Positions 10,231 through 20,640 of a DNA stretch of 64,000 nt are shown here, piece by piece (position 1 is the first letter of the stretch; each line of letters begins with the position of its first letter). The DNA is from an uncultured Rhodobacterales bacterium (GTDB taxonomy: Bacteria > Pseudomonadota > Alphaproteobacteria > Rhodobacterales > Rhodobacteraceae), in contig CAYGUB010000001.1 in the NCBI GenBank assembly GCA_964352845.1, positions 3,662 through 67,661 of the forward strand, read 5' to 3'. The notes under the pieces were generated by a model, which saw only the letters and a program-made list of their open reading frames with translations, ran no database searches and had not been told where the DNA came from. The position numbers were made by a program, and so were the translations under genes.

Positions 10231-11370
10231 ATGGCAAAACGTGATTACTATGATGTTCTGGGTGTCGCCAAAGGTGCGTCGGCAGACGAGTTGAAAAAGG
10301 CTTATCGGCGTAAGGCGAAAGAACTGCACCCTGACCGAAACGCGGATAACCCGCAGGCCGAAGCTCAATTCAAGGAAGCAAACGAGGCCTATGAGATCCT
10401 CAAGGATGCCGAAAAGAAGGCCGCCTATGACCGTTTTGGACATGCCGCTTTTGAGGGTGGTATGGGCGGCCCGCGTCAGGGCGCGCAGGGTCAAGGCGAT
10501 TTTGCCAGCGCTTTTTCGGATGTGTTTGAGGATCTGTTCGGCGATTTCATGGGCGGTCAGCGCCGCGGCGGTGGCCAGCGCGCCACCCGTGGCTCGGACC
10601 TCAGATATAACCTGCGGATCAGTCTCGAACAAGCCTACACCGGCCTGCAGAAAGCAATCACTGTTCCGACCTCTATTGCCTGCAGCGCCTGTGCTGGCAG
10701 TGGCGCAGATGGTGGCGCGGAGCCGCAAAATTGCCCAACCTGTTCCGGCATGGGCAAGGTCCGCGCACAACAGGGGTTTTTCACGGTCGAGCGGACCTGT
10801 CCGACCTGTGGTGGCATGGGTCAGATCATCAAGAACCCTTGCGGCAGTTGCGGCGGTGCCGGGCGCGAGCAGAAAGAGCGGTCGCTGAACGTCAATATCC
10901 CTGCAGGGGTTGAGACCGGGACCCGTATCCGGCTCGGCGGTGAGGGGGAGGCCGGACTGCGCGGTGGCCCGACGGGGGATCTGTATATTTTCATCGAGGT
11001 GGAAGATCATCCGCTGTTCCAGCGCGACGGCGTTGACCTTTATTGCGAAGTGCCGGTCTCCATGACAAATGCGGCCCTGGGGGGTGATGTTGAAGTGCCC
11101 ACCATCGACGGCGGTCGCAGCCGCGTGAAAGTCCCCGCTGGAAGCCAGTCTGGACGGCAAATGCGCCTGCGCGGCAAAGGCATGCCTGCCCTGCGCGGTG
11201 GTGGTGTCGGCGAGATGTTCATCACCCTCGCCGTTGAGACACCGGTGAACCTGACCGCTCGGCAGAAAGAGCTTCTGCAGGAATTTGACAAATTGAGCGA
11301 AGAAAACAATCCGATGCTCAGCAAGTTTTTCACGACTGTGAAAGGCTTCTGGGACGGCATGAAGAGCTGA
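10231..11370 (+). CDS. dnaJ: Molecular chaperone DnaJ
   Basis: J-domain HPD, G/F region, four CxxCxGxG repeats. Confidence 0.99.
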   Translation: MAKRDYYDVLGVAKGASADELKKAYRRKAKELHPDRNADNPQAEAQFKEANEAYEILKDAEKKAAYDRFGHAAFEGGMGGPRQGAQGQGDFASAFSDVFEDLFGDFMGGQRRGGGQRATRGSDLRYNLRISLEQAYTGLQKAITVPTSIACSACAGSGADGGAEPQNCPTCSGMGKVRAQQGFFTVERTCPTCGGMGQIIKNPCGSCGGAGREQKERSLNVNIPAGVETGTRIRLGGEGEAGLRGGPTGDLYIFIEVEDHPLFQRDGVDLYCEVPVSMTNAALGGDVEVPTIDGGRSRVKVPAGSQSGRQMRLRGKGMPALRGGGVGEMFITLAVETPVNLTARQKELLQEFDKLSEENNPMLSKFFTTVKGFWDGMKS

Positions 11371-11453
11371 CGGCTGGCCTTGCCTTGGCCGGCCGTATCG
11401 TGAAGATTGCTCCCTGCGCTCGGCACTCTATTGCCGCATCGTGCGGGGAATAG

Positions 11454-14099
11454 ATGTCCAAAACGACAAATTCAGTGACACCAATGATGGCACAGTTTCT
11501 TGAAATCAAGGAACGCCATCCGGATTCAATCCTGTTCTACAGGATGGGCGACTTTTATGAAATGTTCTTCGATGACGCGGTGCTGGCCGCCGAAGCGCTG
11601 GATATTGCGCTTACCAAACGCGGCAAGCATCGGGGAGAGGATATCCCGATGTGTGGTGTCCCAGCCCATTCGTCGGAAAACTACCTGCTCGCCCTGATCC
11701 GCAAGGGGTTTCGCGTAGCCATCTGTGAGCAGCTGGAAGACCCCAGCGAGGCCAAGAAGCGCGGCGCAAAATCTGTTGTAAAACGCGATGTCACACGATT
11801 GGTCACGCCGGGGACCTTGTTTGAGGAAACGCTTCTGGATGCGCGCTCGAATAATTATCTCGCGGCCTATTCCGAAATCCGCGGCCAGGGCGCTTTGGCT
11901 TGGGTGGATGTCTCAACCGGAGAATTCAGGGTCTGTTCCTGCCCACGGCCAAGGTTCTTGCCCGAATTATACCGGCTATACCCAAGTGAGGTCATCGTGC
12001 CAGAGCCTATCGCTGCGGAACTGGCCCCGCTAGCAAAGGAAGCCGGGGTGGGTGTGACACCGCTCGGACCGTCAAGCTTTGACAGCACGTCAGCGGAAAA
12101 GCGTCTTTGCTCGTTTTTTGGCGTCGACACTATCGAAGGGTTTGGAAAGTTCGGTCGACCGGAGATCGCAGCGCTTGGTGCTGTGCTCGATTACCTTGCC
12201 ATCACGCAAAAGGGCAACCCGCCATCGCTGCGCCCCCCATCCCTTGTCGATCACAACCGTTTTCTTCAGATCGACGCCGCGACGCGCCGCAATCTGGAAC
12301 TGATCCGCACTCTGGACGGCAAACGCAGCGGCTCGCTTTTGGGTAATCTTGACATGACTTGCACTGCCGTCGGTTCGCGCCTTTTGGAACGACGCTTATC
12401 CCAGCCCATCACCCATCTTGACACGCTGCGGGACCGTCTGGATCAAATCGACTATTTTACGCGCGAACAGGGTCTGATTGGCCCAATCCGGGACGCGCTG
12501 AAATCGGTTCCCGATATTGAACGGGCCATGGCGCGCTTGTCGAGCGGTCGGGGTGGCCCACGCGATCTGGGCACGATCCGCATGGCACTGGCGCAATGCG
12601 TAACGCTGAAGGATCAGCCGATTTCAGGCGATGCGCCGGATTTGCTGCTGGATCTGTTTGCCGGGCTGGATCGCCACAATGATCTACTTTCAACACTTTC
12701 GGCCGCACTGATTGAAGAGCCGCCACTGACGACCAGAGATGGTGGTTTTGTCGCCGCCGGATATCTTGAGGAACTTGATGAGGCAAGGCGCCTGCGGGAC
12801 GATGCCCGCCAGTTAATTGCGGCCCTGCAAGCCAGATATGTGGATCAGACCGGGATCGGATCGCTCAAGATCAAACATAACAATGTGCTTGGCTATTTCA
12901 TCGAAACACCGCTGAGCCACGCGGAGAAAATGCAGTCGGGACCGCTGGCGAACCTGTTCTCCCGCAGGCAAAGCACAGCCAACACAGTGCGTTTTGCAAC
13001 GACAGAGCTTGTGGAACTGGAGGGTAAGATCTCCAAATCCGGCGCCCGGGCGTTGGAACTGGAGTTGCAGATTTTCGAGGATCTCAGGGGACAGGTGGTG
13101 GGTCAGTCGGATCCGCTGTCCCAGACGTCTCAGGCACTCGCGCAAATCGATCTGGCAACCTCCCTTGCCCGGATTGCGATCACAAGGGACTGGGTACGGC
13201 CCAAGATCGACGATAGCCGCGCCTTTGACATCCAGGACGGACGTCACCCCGTTGTGGAGGCCGCCTTGCGGTCTGATGGTGGGCGGAGTTTCATCGCCAA
13301 TAGCTGTAATCTGAGCGCGGCTGAGGCGCAATCGAGTATCTGGCTTTTGACCGGTCCGAACATGGCAGGGAAATCCACCTATCTTCGCCAGAACGCGATT
13401 ATCGCTCTTTTGGCTCAAATAGGGTCTTTTGTGCCTGCAAGGGCCGCCCATATCGGAATGGTCTCCCAACTGTTTTCACGCGTTGGGGCGTCTGACGATC
13501 TGGCACGCGGGCGGTCAACCTTCATGGTCGAAATGGTGGAGACAGCGGCGATCCTGAACCAGGCCGATGATCGGGCGCTCGTCATCCTTGATGAAATCGG
13601 GCGCGGGACAGCGACCTATGACGGGCTGTCAATTGCCTGGGCCACGCTGGAGCATCTTCACAGCGTCAACAAATGCCGGGGGCTTTTTGCAACGCATTAC
13701 CACGAGCTGACCGCGCTTGCCGGATCGTTGAGCGGGATGAAGAACGCGACGGTGTCCGTGAAAGAGCATGAGAATGATATCGTGTTCCTGCATGAGGTGC
13801 GCCAAGGCGCTGCGGACCGGTCCTATGGCGTGCATGTTGCGAAACTGGCGGGCCTTCCCGAAGCGGTGACGGAACGTGCCCGCATCATTCTGGATCAGCT
13901 AGAAAGAAATGAGCGGTCTTCCGGTGAAAAGCAGCGCCGCCTGATTGAAGACCTGCCGCTTTTCTCTGTGGCGCCCAAACCTGTTGAGCCGTTGGTAGAC
14001 AAGATTGGCGCAAGATTAGACACGATAAATCCCGACGAGCTATCGCCAAGGGATGCGTTGCAGCTGATCTATGAGCTGAAAGACCTAGCCGGGGGTTGA
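11454..14099 (+). CDS. mutS: DNA mismatch repair protein MutS
   Basis: TPMMAQF, GDFYEMF, TGPNMAGKST, STFMVEM, DEIGRGT motifs. Confidence 0.98.
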   Translation: MSKTTNSVTPMMAQFLEIKERHPDSILFYRMGDFYEMFFDDAVLAAEALDIALTKRGKHRGEDIPMCGVPAHSSENYLLALIRKGFRVAICEQLEDPSEAKKRGAKSVVKRDVTRLVTPGTLFEETLLDARSNNYLAAYSEIRGQGALAWVDVSTGEFRVCSCPRPRFLPELYRLYPSEVIVPEPIAAELAPLAKEAGVGVTPLGPSSFDSTSAEKRLCSFFGVDTIEGFGKFGRPEIAALGAVLDYLAITQKGNPPSLRPPSLVDHNRFLQIDAATRRNLELIRTLDGKRSGSLLGNLDMTCTAVGSRLLERRLSQPITHLDTLRDRLDQIDYFTREQGLIGPIRDALKSVPDIERAMARLSSGRGGPRDLGTIRMALAQCVTLKDQPISGDAPDLLLDLFAGLDRHNDLLSTLSAALIEEPPLTTRDGGFVAAGYLEELDEARRLRDDARQLIAALQARYVDQTGIGSLKIKHNNVLGYFIETPLSHAEKMQSGPLANLFSRRQSTANTVRFATTELVELEGKISKSGARALELELQIFEDLRGQVVGQSDPLSQTSQALAQIDLATSLARIAITRDWVRPKIDDSRAFDIQDGRHPVVEAALRSDGGRSFIANSCNLSAAEAQSSIWLLTGPNMAGKSTYLRQNAIIALLAQIGSFVPARAAHIGMVSQLFSRVGASDDLARGRSTFMVEMVETAAILNQADDRALVILDEIGRGTATYDGLSIAWATLEHLHSVNKCRGLFATHYHELTALAGSLSGMKNATVSVKEHENDIVFLHEVRQGAADRSYGVHVAKLAGLPEAVTERARIILDQLERNERSSGEKQRRLIEDLPLFSVAPKPVEPLVDKIGARLDTINPDELSPRDALQLIYELKDLAGG

Positions 14100-14645
14100 A
14101 GAGACGCCGACCTGCGCGGGACGCAGCAAGCGGTCATGGATCATGAAGCCGCGGGTCATCACCTGAATGATCTCGCCTGCTTTCGTATCCGGAACCGGCG
14201 CTTCGAACATCGCCTGATGTTGCTGGGGATCGAACTTGTCACCCACCTCAGGACTGATTGGCACAATCCCATGCTTTGAGAAGACGTTGATCAGTTCGCG
14301 CAATGTAAGCTCAATGCCTTCAAAAACGGCCTTGGCCGCTTCGCGCTGTTGATCATCGGCAAGGTCGATTGCGCGCTCCAGATTATCATAGACAGGCAGA
14401 ATATCCTTCGCCAGCCGGGAGCCGCCGTAATTTGCAGCCTCCTGGCGATCACGCTCGCTGCGTTTACGGGTATTCTCGGCATCTGCCAGAGCGCGTAGTA
14501 GCCGGTCCTTGAGCGCCTCATTCTCTTCGGCGAGCGCATCGTTGCCGATGGCCTCCTCAGGCGCTTCGGTCAGATCGACAACCTCTTCTGCCATCGCCTC
14601 GAGATGATCCGTCTGAAAGTCGTCTTCTTGTCCTGGGTTGCTCAT
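14085..14645 (-). CDS. grpE: Nucleotide exchange factor GrpE
   Basis: LRALADAENTRKR, FDPQQHQAM, RLLRPAQVGV motifs; 15-nt convergent overlap with mutS. Confidence 0.97.
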   Translation of the reverse strand: MSNPGQEDDFQTDHLEAMAEEVVDLTEAPEEAIGNDALAEENEALKDRLLRALADAENTRKRSERDRQEAANYGGSRLAKDILPVYDNLERAIDLADDQQREAAKAVFEGIELTLRELINVFSKHGIVPISPEVGDKFDPQQHQAMFEAPVPDTKAGEIIQVMTRGFMIHDRLLRPAQVGVSSTPG

Positions 14646-14653
14646 AGTTGACT

Positions 14654-15721
14654 CTATCCACCATCAGAAATCATTTTCCCAACCATCTGCGCCGTGTAGT
14701 CGACAATCGGAACAATGCGACCGTAATTCAGTCGCGTTGGCCCAATCACACCGACGGCGCCGATAATCTTTCGATCAGCGTTCATATAAGGACTTACGAC
14801 CAGAGAGGAACCCGAAAGTGAAAATAGTTTGTTCTCAGAGCCAATAAAAATGCGCACGCCGTCGCCTTCTTCGGTCAATTCGAGAAACTCGGCAATGTCG
14901 CGCTTGCGCTCCAGGTCATCAAACAGCGTCCGGATACGGTCCAGGTTTTCTGCATCATTTCCGTCTTCGATCAGATTTGCCCGGCCACGGACGATCAGCC
15001 GTTCGTTGCGTTCGCCCTCATTCTCCCAAAGCGCCAGGCCGCTATTGACAAGTTCCTGGGCAAGCACGTCCAGCTCTTGCCGTCTGGTGGATATCTCCGA
15101 CCGGAAAGAGGCCAACAGGCCCGAGATCGTCTGACCCTCAGCCAATGCGTTCAAGAAATTGGCAGCCTGACGCATGGAGGACGGCGTCTGGCCAATTGGC
15201 GGCTGAAAAATTCGGTTCTCGACATTTCCATCGGCGAAGACCAGCACGACAAGCGCCCGGTCAGGGGCAAGGCTGACAAATTCGATATGTTTGATCGGCG
15301 CTTCGTATTTTGGCGACAAAACGAGGCTGGCGCCGCGTGTCAGACCCGAAAGCGCTGATCCCACCCTGTCGAGCGTGCTTGCAACATCGCGCTCGTTCGA
15401 GCCCAAAGTCCGGTCTATCGCCAGCCGGTCCTGATCTGTGACGTCGCCAACCTCCAGCAGGCTATCGACAAACATCCGCAAACCGTTTTGTGACGGCACC
15501 CGACCTGACGAGACATGCGGGCTGTCCAGCAGGCCGAGAAATTCCAGATCCTGCATCACATTGCGCACCGTCGCCGCGCTGATCTGTTCGCTCAGAGACC
15601 GCGTGAGCGTTCGGGAGCCCACAGGCTCTCCGCTTTCCAGATAGCTTTCGACGATCTTGCTGAAGATCTCGCGCGTTCGATCATCCATCGAGCCGAGTAT
15701 CGTTGGATCTGGCTTCGACAT
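14654..15721 (-). CDS. hrcA: Heat-inducible transcription repressor HrcA
   Basis: EPVGSRTL, SAATVRNVM, PHVSSGRVP, GVIGPTRLNY motifs. Confidence 0.97.
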   Translation of the reverse strand: MSKPDPTILGSMDDRTREIFSKIVESYLESGEPVGSRTLTRSLSEQISAATVRNVMQDLEFLGLLDSPHVSSGRVPSQNGLRMFVDSLLEVGDVTDQDRLAIDRTLGSNERDVASTLDRVGSALSGLTRGASLVLSPKYEAPIKHIEFVSLAPDRALVVLVFADGNVENRIFQPPIGQTPSSMRQAANFLNALAEGQTISGLLASFRSEISTRRQELDVLAQELVNSGLALWENEGERNERLIVRGRANLIEDGNDAENLDRIRTLFDDLERKRDIAEFLELTEEGDGVRIFIGSENKLFSLSGSSLVVSPYMNADRKIIGAVGVIGPTRLNYGRIVPIVDYTAQMVGKMISDGG

Positions 15722-15833
15722 CAGCGTCCTTTTTCAATTTGACCGGACATTCAATTTACAGCCCTGCTATCTTGCTTGCAACCATGGCTATGGCAAGCGT
15801 ATTTGAACCACAACTTGATCGAGGGGATATCCA

Positions 15834-16547
15834 ATGAGACCATCCGGGCGTGAGCTGAATGAAATGCGTTCAGTCATAATTGAGACTGGTTCGACCAAAC
15901 ATGCCGAAGGATCGTGTCTGATCAAATGTGGAGATACCCAGGTCCTTTGCACCGCATCCGTCGAAGACCGCATCCCACCTTTCCTGCGCAATACCGGGCT
16001 TGGCTGGGTTACGGCGGAATATGGAATGTTGCCACGCTCTACCCATTCGCGGATGCGCCGGGAGGCCAAAAATGGCCAATCAGGCCGCACGCAGGAAATC
16101 CAGCGACTGATCGGGCGATCACTGCGCGCTGGTGTCGACCGCGTCGCACTGGGTGAGCGACAAATCACCATTGACTGTGATGTGATCCAGGCCGATGGCG
16201 GAACGCGTTGCGCCTCTATCACCGGGGGCTGGGTTGCTTTGAAACTGGCCGTGAACAAGCTGATCAAAGCTGGCGATATCGTGACTGACCCGATCACTGA
16301 CAATGTCGCCGCAGTTAGCTGCGGGATATATGCAGGCCAGCCGGTTCTTGATCTGGACTACCTCGAAGATAGTGATGCAGGCACGGATTCGAACTTCGTC
16401 ATGACCGGCGCAAAAGGGCTGATCGAGCTGCAATGCTCTGCCGAGGGGTCGGTATTCACCCGCGAGCAGTTCAACACGCTGCTTGATCTGGCAGAGCATG
16501 GCATCGGCCAACTGGTCGATGCCCAGAATGCAGCGCTGACAGCGTGA
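15834..16547 (+). CDS. rph: Ribonuclease PH
   Basis: [39 protein letters not shown] motifs. Confidence 0.98.
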   Translation: MRPSGRELNEMRSVIIETGSTKHAEGSCLIKCGDTQVLCTASVEDRIPPFLRNTGLGWVTAEYGMLPRSTHSRMRREAKNGQSGRTQEIQRLIGRSLRAGVDRVALGERQITIDCDVIQADGGTRCASITGGWVALKLAVNKLIKAGDIVTDPITDNVAAVSCGIYAGQPVLDLDYLEDSDAGTDSNFVMTGAKGLIELQCSAEGSVFTREQFNTLLDLAEHGIGQLVDAQNAALTA

Positions 16548-17155
16548 TGCGCAAATTCACCGACAAGACGCTGCTGATGGCCACGCATAACGAAGGCAAA
16601 CTGGTCGAGATGGCCGCGCTGCTGGAACCCATGGGCATCGCCTTGACCAGCGCGGCGGAGCTTGATCTGCCCGAACCGAAAGAAACGGAGGACAGTTTCG
16701 TCGGTAACGCGCGGATCAAGGCGCATGCGGCTGCAAAGGCAAGCGGCTTGCCCGCGCTGGCTGATGATAGCGGGATCGAGATAGACGCGCTTGGCGGGGC
16801 TCCGGGCGTCTATACGGCCGACTGGGCGGAGACACCCAATGGCAGGGATTTCAACCTCGCCATGACAAAGGCCCATGAGGCGCTGGAGAAGACCGACATG
16901 CCGCAACCACATACTGGTCGTTTTTGCTGCACGCTGGTGCTGGCGTGGCCAGATGGGCATGACGAGGTTTTTGAGGGCGTGATGGAAGGCCAGATTGTCT
17001 GGCCCATGCGCGGCGATCAGGGTCATGGCTACGATCCGATTTTTCAGCCCAATGGATATGACAAGACCTTCGGCGAGATGGACCGCTGGGAGAAAAACAA
17101 GATCAGCCATAGGGCCAAAGCCGTGGCAAAACTGATTGACGCACTGAATGCCTGA
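16544..17155 (+). CDS. rdgB: RdgB/HAM1 non-canonical purine NTP pyrophosphatase
   Basis: [28 protein letters not shown] motifs. Confidence 0.95.
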   Translation: MMRKFTDKTLLMATHNEGKLVEMAALLEPMGIALTSAAELDLPEPKETEDSFVGNARIKAHAAAKASGLPALADDSGIEIDALGGAPGVYTADWAETPNGRDFNLAMTKAHEALEKTDMPQPHTGRFCCTLVLAWPDGHDEVFEGVMEGQIVWPMRGDQGHGYDPIFQPNGYDKTFGEMDRWEKNKISHRAKAVAKLIDALNA

Positions 17156-18299
17156 GAACTGGCAGCGCGCCGGGTTCGGGTTATACCTTCACTGGCCATT
17201 CTGCGAGGCCAAGTGCCCCTATTGCGACTTCAACAGCTATGTGTCGAGCGCCATCAATCAGTCCGACTGGCTAAGGGCGTATCTCTCCGAAATTGACCGT
17301 GCCCACACACAAACAGCGGACCGTGTGCTGTCCTCTGTGTTCTTTGGCGGCGGGACCCCAAGTTTGATGGACGAGGCCGTTGTAGGCGCCATTCTGGAGC
17401 GTGTCAGGTCGCTGTGGGTCTGTAGCAACGATATGGAAGTCACGCTTGAAGCCAATCCCGGCTCGGTCGAGGTAGCACGATTTGAAGGTTACCATGCCGC
17501 CGGCGTAAACCGCGTATCCATCGGGGCGCAGGCGCTGAATGATCCTGACCTGAAACGGCTTGGCCGTCTGCATAGCGCTGAGGAGGCGCTCAGGGCCATA
17601 GAGATCGCCGCCTCGACCTTTGATCGCTATAGCTTCGATCTGATCTATGCGCGACAGGATCAGACGCGCGATGCGTGGCAGTCAGAGTTGCGACAAGCCC
17701 TGACGCTTGGGCCCAGTCACCTTTCAGCCTACCAGCTTACGATCGAGCCGCAGACGGCTTTCGGGGATCGCTTTGAGATAGGGAAATTACCCGGACTGCC
17801 TGATGATGACCTGGCTGCGGATATGTATCTCGATACGCAAGAGATCTGCGAGACACATGGGCTACCCGCCTATGAGATTTCAAACCATGCAAGGCCCGGC
17901 CACGCATCGCGGCACAATCTGATCTATTGGCGTGGTGGCGATTATATCGGTATCGGACCGGGGGCGCATGGGCGGCTTACCTTTGCCGAGTTCCGCTTTG
18001 CTACAGAAACCGTTCTGTCACCAAATGCCTGGCTCAAGAAGGTCAAGACAGATGGCACCGGCGAGGCGCAAAGCGTCCGGCTCAGTGAGGAGGAATGGAA
18101 ACAAGAACGCCTGATGATGTCGCTTCGGTTGGCGGAAGGGCTTGATATTGCAGAGTTTTCTGGGTTTGATAAATATTTATGTAATAAAATCAATGGCTTG
18201 GAGGAAACCGGCCACTTGCTGCGCGACGGAAATACCGTAAAAGTCGCCCCTGCCCACAGAGCTATCCTGAATGCAATCCTGAGAGAGATATTGGCCTGA
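17148..18299 (+). CDS. hemW: Radical SAM heme chaperone HemW
   Basis: YLHWPFCEAKCPYCDFN, GGGTPS, YEISN, HNLIYW motifs; rph-rdgB-hemW synteny. Confidence 0.92.
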   Translation: MPENWQRAGFGLYLHWPFCEAKCPYCDFNSYVSSAINQSDWLRAYLSEIDRAHTQTADRVLSSVFFGGGTPSLMDEAVVGAILERVRSLWVCSNDMEVTLEANPGSVEVARFEGYHAAGVNRVSIGAQALNDPDLKRLGRLHSAEEALRAIEIAASTFDRYSFDLIYARQDQTRDAWQSELRQALTLGPSHLSAYQLTIEPQTAFGDRFEIGKLPGLPDDDLAADMYLDTQEICETHGLPAYEISNHARPGHASRHNLIYWRGGDYIGIGPGAHGRLTFAEFRFATETVLSPNAWLKKVKTDGTGEAQSVRLSEEEWKQERLMMSLRLAEGLDIAEFSGFDKYLCNKINGLEETGHLLRDGNTVKVAPAHRAILNAILREILA

Positions 18300-18301
18300 C
18301 C

Positions 18302-19207
18302 CTACTCGGTCTGCGCAAGCCGCCTGCAGAGGTCATCCAGCTGGTCGAAGCTTTTGTAATGGATCGTCACATTCCCCAATTCTGAATTCGGCTTGTGTGT
18401 GACTGAGACTTTCAAACCAAGCGCGGCGGAGAGATCGCGTTCCAGCGCGATCGTATCCGCATCCTTGGTATTTGGCTCACCTGCCCCATCGGCACCGGCT
18501 TTACGTGGCCCGGACCCGGACTTGGCCAAAGCCTCCGTTTCCCGGACAGACAGGTGTTTTTGAATCACCGTTCTGGCAAGCCCTGTCGGATCATCGGCAG
18601 TCACAAGCGCCCGAGCATGTCCAGCCGAAAGCTTGCCCTCTTTCACCCAAGCCAGAACTTCATCAGGTAAGTTCAGCAGTCGAGTGAGGTTGGCAATGTG
18701 GCTGCGGCTCTTACCCAAAGCTGTGGCGAGCTGGTCCTGCGTGTGGCCAAATTTCTCTTGAAGATGTCGATAGCCCAAAGCCTCTTCAACGGGGTTGAGA
18801 TCCGTGCGTTGGATATTTTCGATGATCGCAACTTCTAGAACCTCAAGATCTTCAAACTCCCGCACGATGACGGGAATATCGTGCAGCTTCGCGATCTGCG
18901 CCGCACGCCAGCGCCGTTCTCCGGCGACGATCTGAAATCCCTCCGGATCGTTGGGATCAGTCCGAACGATTAACGGCTGTATGATCCCCTTCTCCCGGAT
19001 GGAGTTTGCGAGATCCTCAAGCTCTGCCTTGTCAAAATGCGTGCGCGGCTGGTCGGGATTGGGACGTACCTTTTCAATCGGTACGTTGATGTCATCCGAA
19101 CTGCCACGCGCGGTCTCCGGCACCGAGGGTGGCGCGGTATCCATATCAGCCATAAGCGCGGATAATCCGCGACCGAGACCTCGTCTCTCCATCTTCTTAT
19201 CTGCCAT
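18302..19207 (-). CDS. parB: Chromosome partitioning protein ParB
   Basis: GLGRGLSAL, PNPDQPR, AGERRWRAA, ENIQR motifs. Confidence 0.97.
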   Translation of the reverse strand: MADKKMERRGLGRGLSALMADMDTAPPSVPETARGSSDDINVPIEKVRPNPDQPRTHFDKAELEDLANSIREKGIIQPLIVRTDPNDPEGFQIVAGERRWRAAQIAKLHDIPVIVREFEDLEVLEVAIIENIQRTDLNPVEEALGYRHLQEKFGHTQDQLATALGKSRSHIANLTRLLNLPDEVLAWVKEGKLSAGHARALVTADDPTGLARTVIQKHLSVRETEALAKSGSGPRKAGADGAGEPNTKDADTIALERDLSAALGLKVSVTHKPNSELGNVTIHYKSFDQLDDLCRRLAQTE

Positions 19208-20006
19208 TCGATTTCGCCCGCTCCAATGAATGCCTCTTCAGAATTTCCGTCGCCAACGCCTTGTAGGCAACCGCCCCCCGCGATCCCGGGTCGTAGTTCA
19301 GGACCGACATGCCAAAGGAGGGTGCCTCACTGAGACGCACATTCCGGGGGATCATGGTGTTGAACACCAGCCCCTTCAGATTTTCCCGCGCATCCATCTC
19401 AACCTGGTGACATAAATTGTTCCGGCGGTCATACATCGTCAACACAACCCCTTCCATGCGAAGTCTTGAATTCGCGGTGTCACGGATTTCCCTGATCGAC
19501 AGCATAAGCTGCGACAGCCCCTCCAATGCAAAGAACTCCGCTTGCAATGGAACCAGCACAGAGTCCGATGCCACCATAGCATTGAGCGTAAGCAGGTTAA
19601 GAGATGGCGGGCAGTCGATAATGATGTAATCAAAACCCAGTGCCTTTGCATCCGCGCTACTCAACCGGTCTGAGAGGATGTGAATTCGACGCGCAACGGA
19701 AATTAACGTCAAATCCGCAGAGCTGAGGTCGGTGGTCGCAGTTACAATCGACAAGTTCGGAATACTTGTTTTCAGCAGTACTTCACTGAAGCTTCGATTA
19801 TTGATCAACAGATCAAATGCGGTGAGCTTTCTTTCTTCCAGATCCAGACCCAGCCCCGTCGACGCATTGCCCTGTGGGTCGAGATCAATAATCGCCACGC
19901 GACTCCCCTTCGCGGCCAGCGCTGCAGCAAGGTTTATCGCGGTCGTCGTCTTCCCAACGCCACCTTTTTGATTGGCGACAGAAATGATTTTGGTTTGACT
20001 TTTCAT
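19197..20006 (-). CDS. parA: Chromosome partitioning ATPase ParA
   Basis: NQKGGVGKTTT, DLDPQGNAS, DCPPSL motifs; likely start ATG 20006. Confidence 0.97.
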   Translation of the reverse strand: MKSQTKIISVANQKGGVGKTTTAINLAAALAAKGSRVAIIDLDPQGNASTGLGLDLEERKLTAFDLLINNRSFSEVLLKTSIPNLSIVTATTDLSSADLTLISVARRIHILSDRLSSADAKALGFDYIIIDCPPSLNLLTLNAMVASDSVLVPLQAEFFALEGLSQLMLSIREIRDTANSRLRMEGVVLTMYDRRNNLCHQVEMDARENLKGLVFNTMIPRNVRLSEAPSFGMSVLNYDPGSRGAVAYKALATEILKRHSLERAKSNGR

Positions 20007-20013
20007 CAGATGG

Positions 20014-20640
20014 CTAAACTCGGCTAATTTGGTCCAGCCGGATGATGCTGGCACTTGGCTCAGTAATGCTTGGATTGAGTTCGACCGTAAAGTTCCAATT
20101 TTGCCTCGCTTGCTTTATTTCATCCGACGCGCCCCGCCCTTTGAGCAAAAGAGCACATCCGGCTTCTGACAGGTGACGTTCCAGCTCTGGCATCATGCGG
20201 TCGAGAGGTGCGAAAGCTCGGGATGTTATGACATCGGCTTGCTGCGGCGTGACAACCTCGCTCCGCTGGGCCAAAACTTCCGCTGAAAGACCAAGTTCCC
20301 GGATCACCAAGGATAGAAAAGCGCATTTCCTCAAATCACTCTCAATCAAAGTGAAATGGCGATGTGTGGCCTTTTCGGTACTCAGAATGGCCAGAACCAA
20401 TGCGGGAAGACCACCTCCCGAGCCAATATCTACGATTTTCATGGCATTATCAGGGATAAATCGGTCAAGCTGTGCACTATCGAGAATGTGGCGGATCCAG
20501 ACATCATCCCTTGCCTTCCGGGCAATCAAATTGATGCTTACGGTCCATTTCCCCAACAGCTCGACAAACCGATCTAACTTCTCGAGTGTTTCACGTGAAA
20601 CATTCAGATGCTCGGCAAAAGTTTCACGATCACCCAGCAC
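20014..20640 (-). CDS. rsmG: 16S rRNA m7G527 methyltransferase RsmG (GidB)
   Basis: [20 protein letters not shown] motifs; synteny. Confidence 0.95.
   Translation of the reverse strand: MLGDRETFAEHLNVSRETLEKLDRFVELLGKWTVSINLIARKARDDVWIRHILDSAQLDRFIPDNAMKIVDIGSGGGLPALVLAILSTEKATHRHFTLIESDLRKCAFLSLVIRELGLSAEVLAQRSEVVTPQQADVITSRAFAPLDRMMPELERHLSEAGCALLLKGRGASDEIKQARQNWNFTVELNPSITEPSASIIRLDQISRV
20587..20602. other. parS centromere site
   Basis: Perfect palindrome TGTTTCACGTGAAACA inside the rsmG 5' end. Confidence 0.95.

Noticed and set aside
11420-11446. Possible CIRCE element (GGCACTC half-site) near dnaJ/mutS
   Set aside because: The second arm does not match GAGTGC(T/C)AA, and the site is not upstream of a chaperone gene
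14085-14099. Convergent overlaps mutS/grpE (15 nt) and kpsM-like/alkB (4 nt, 7405-7408)
   Set aside because: Short tail-to-tail overlaps are common in compact genomes
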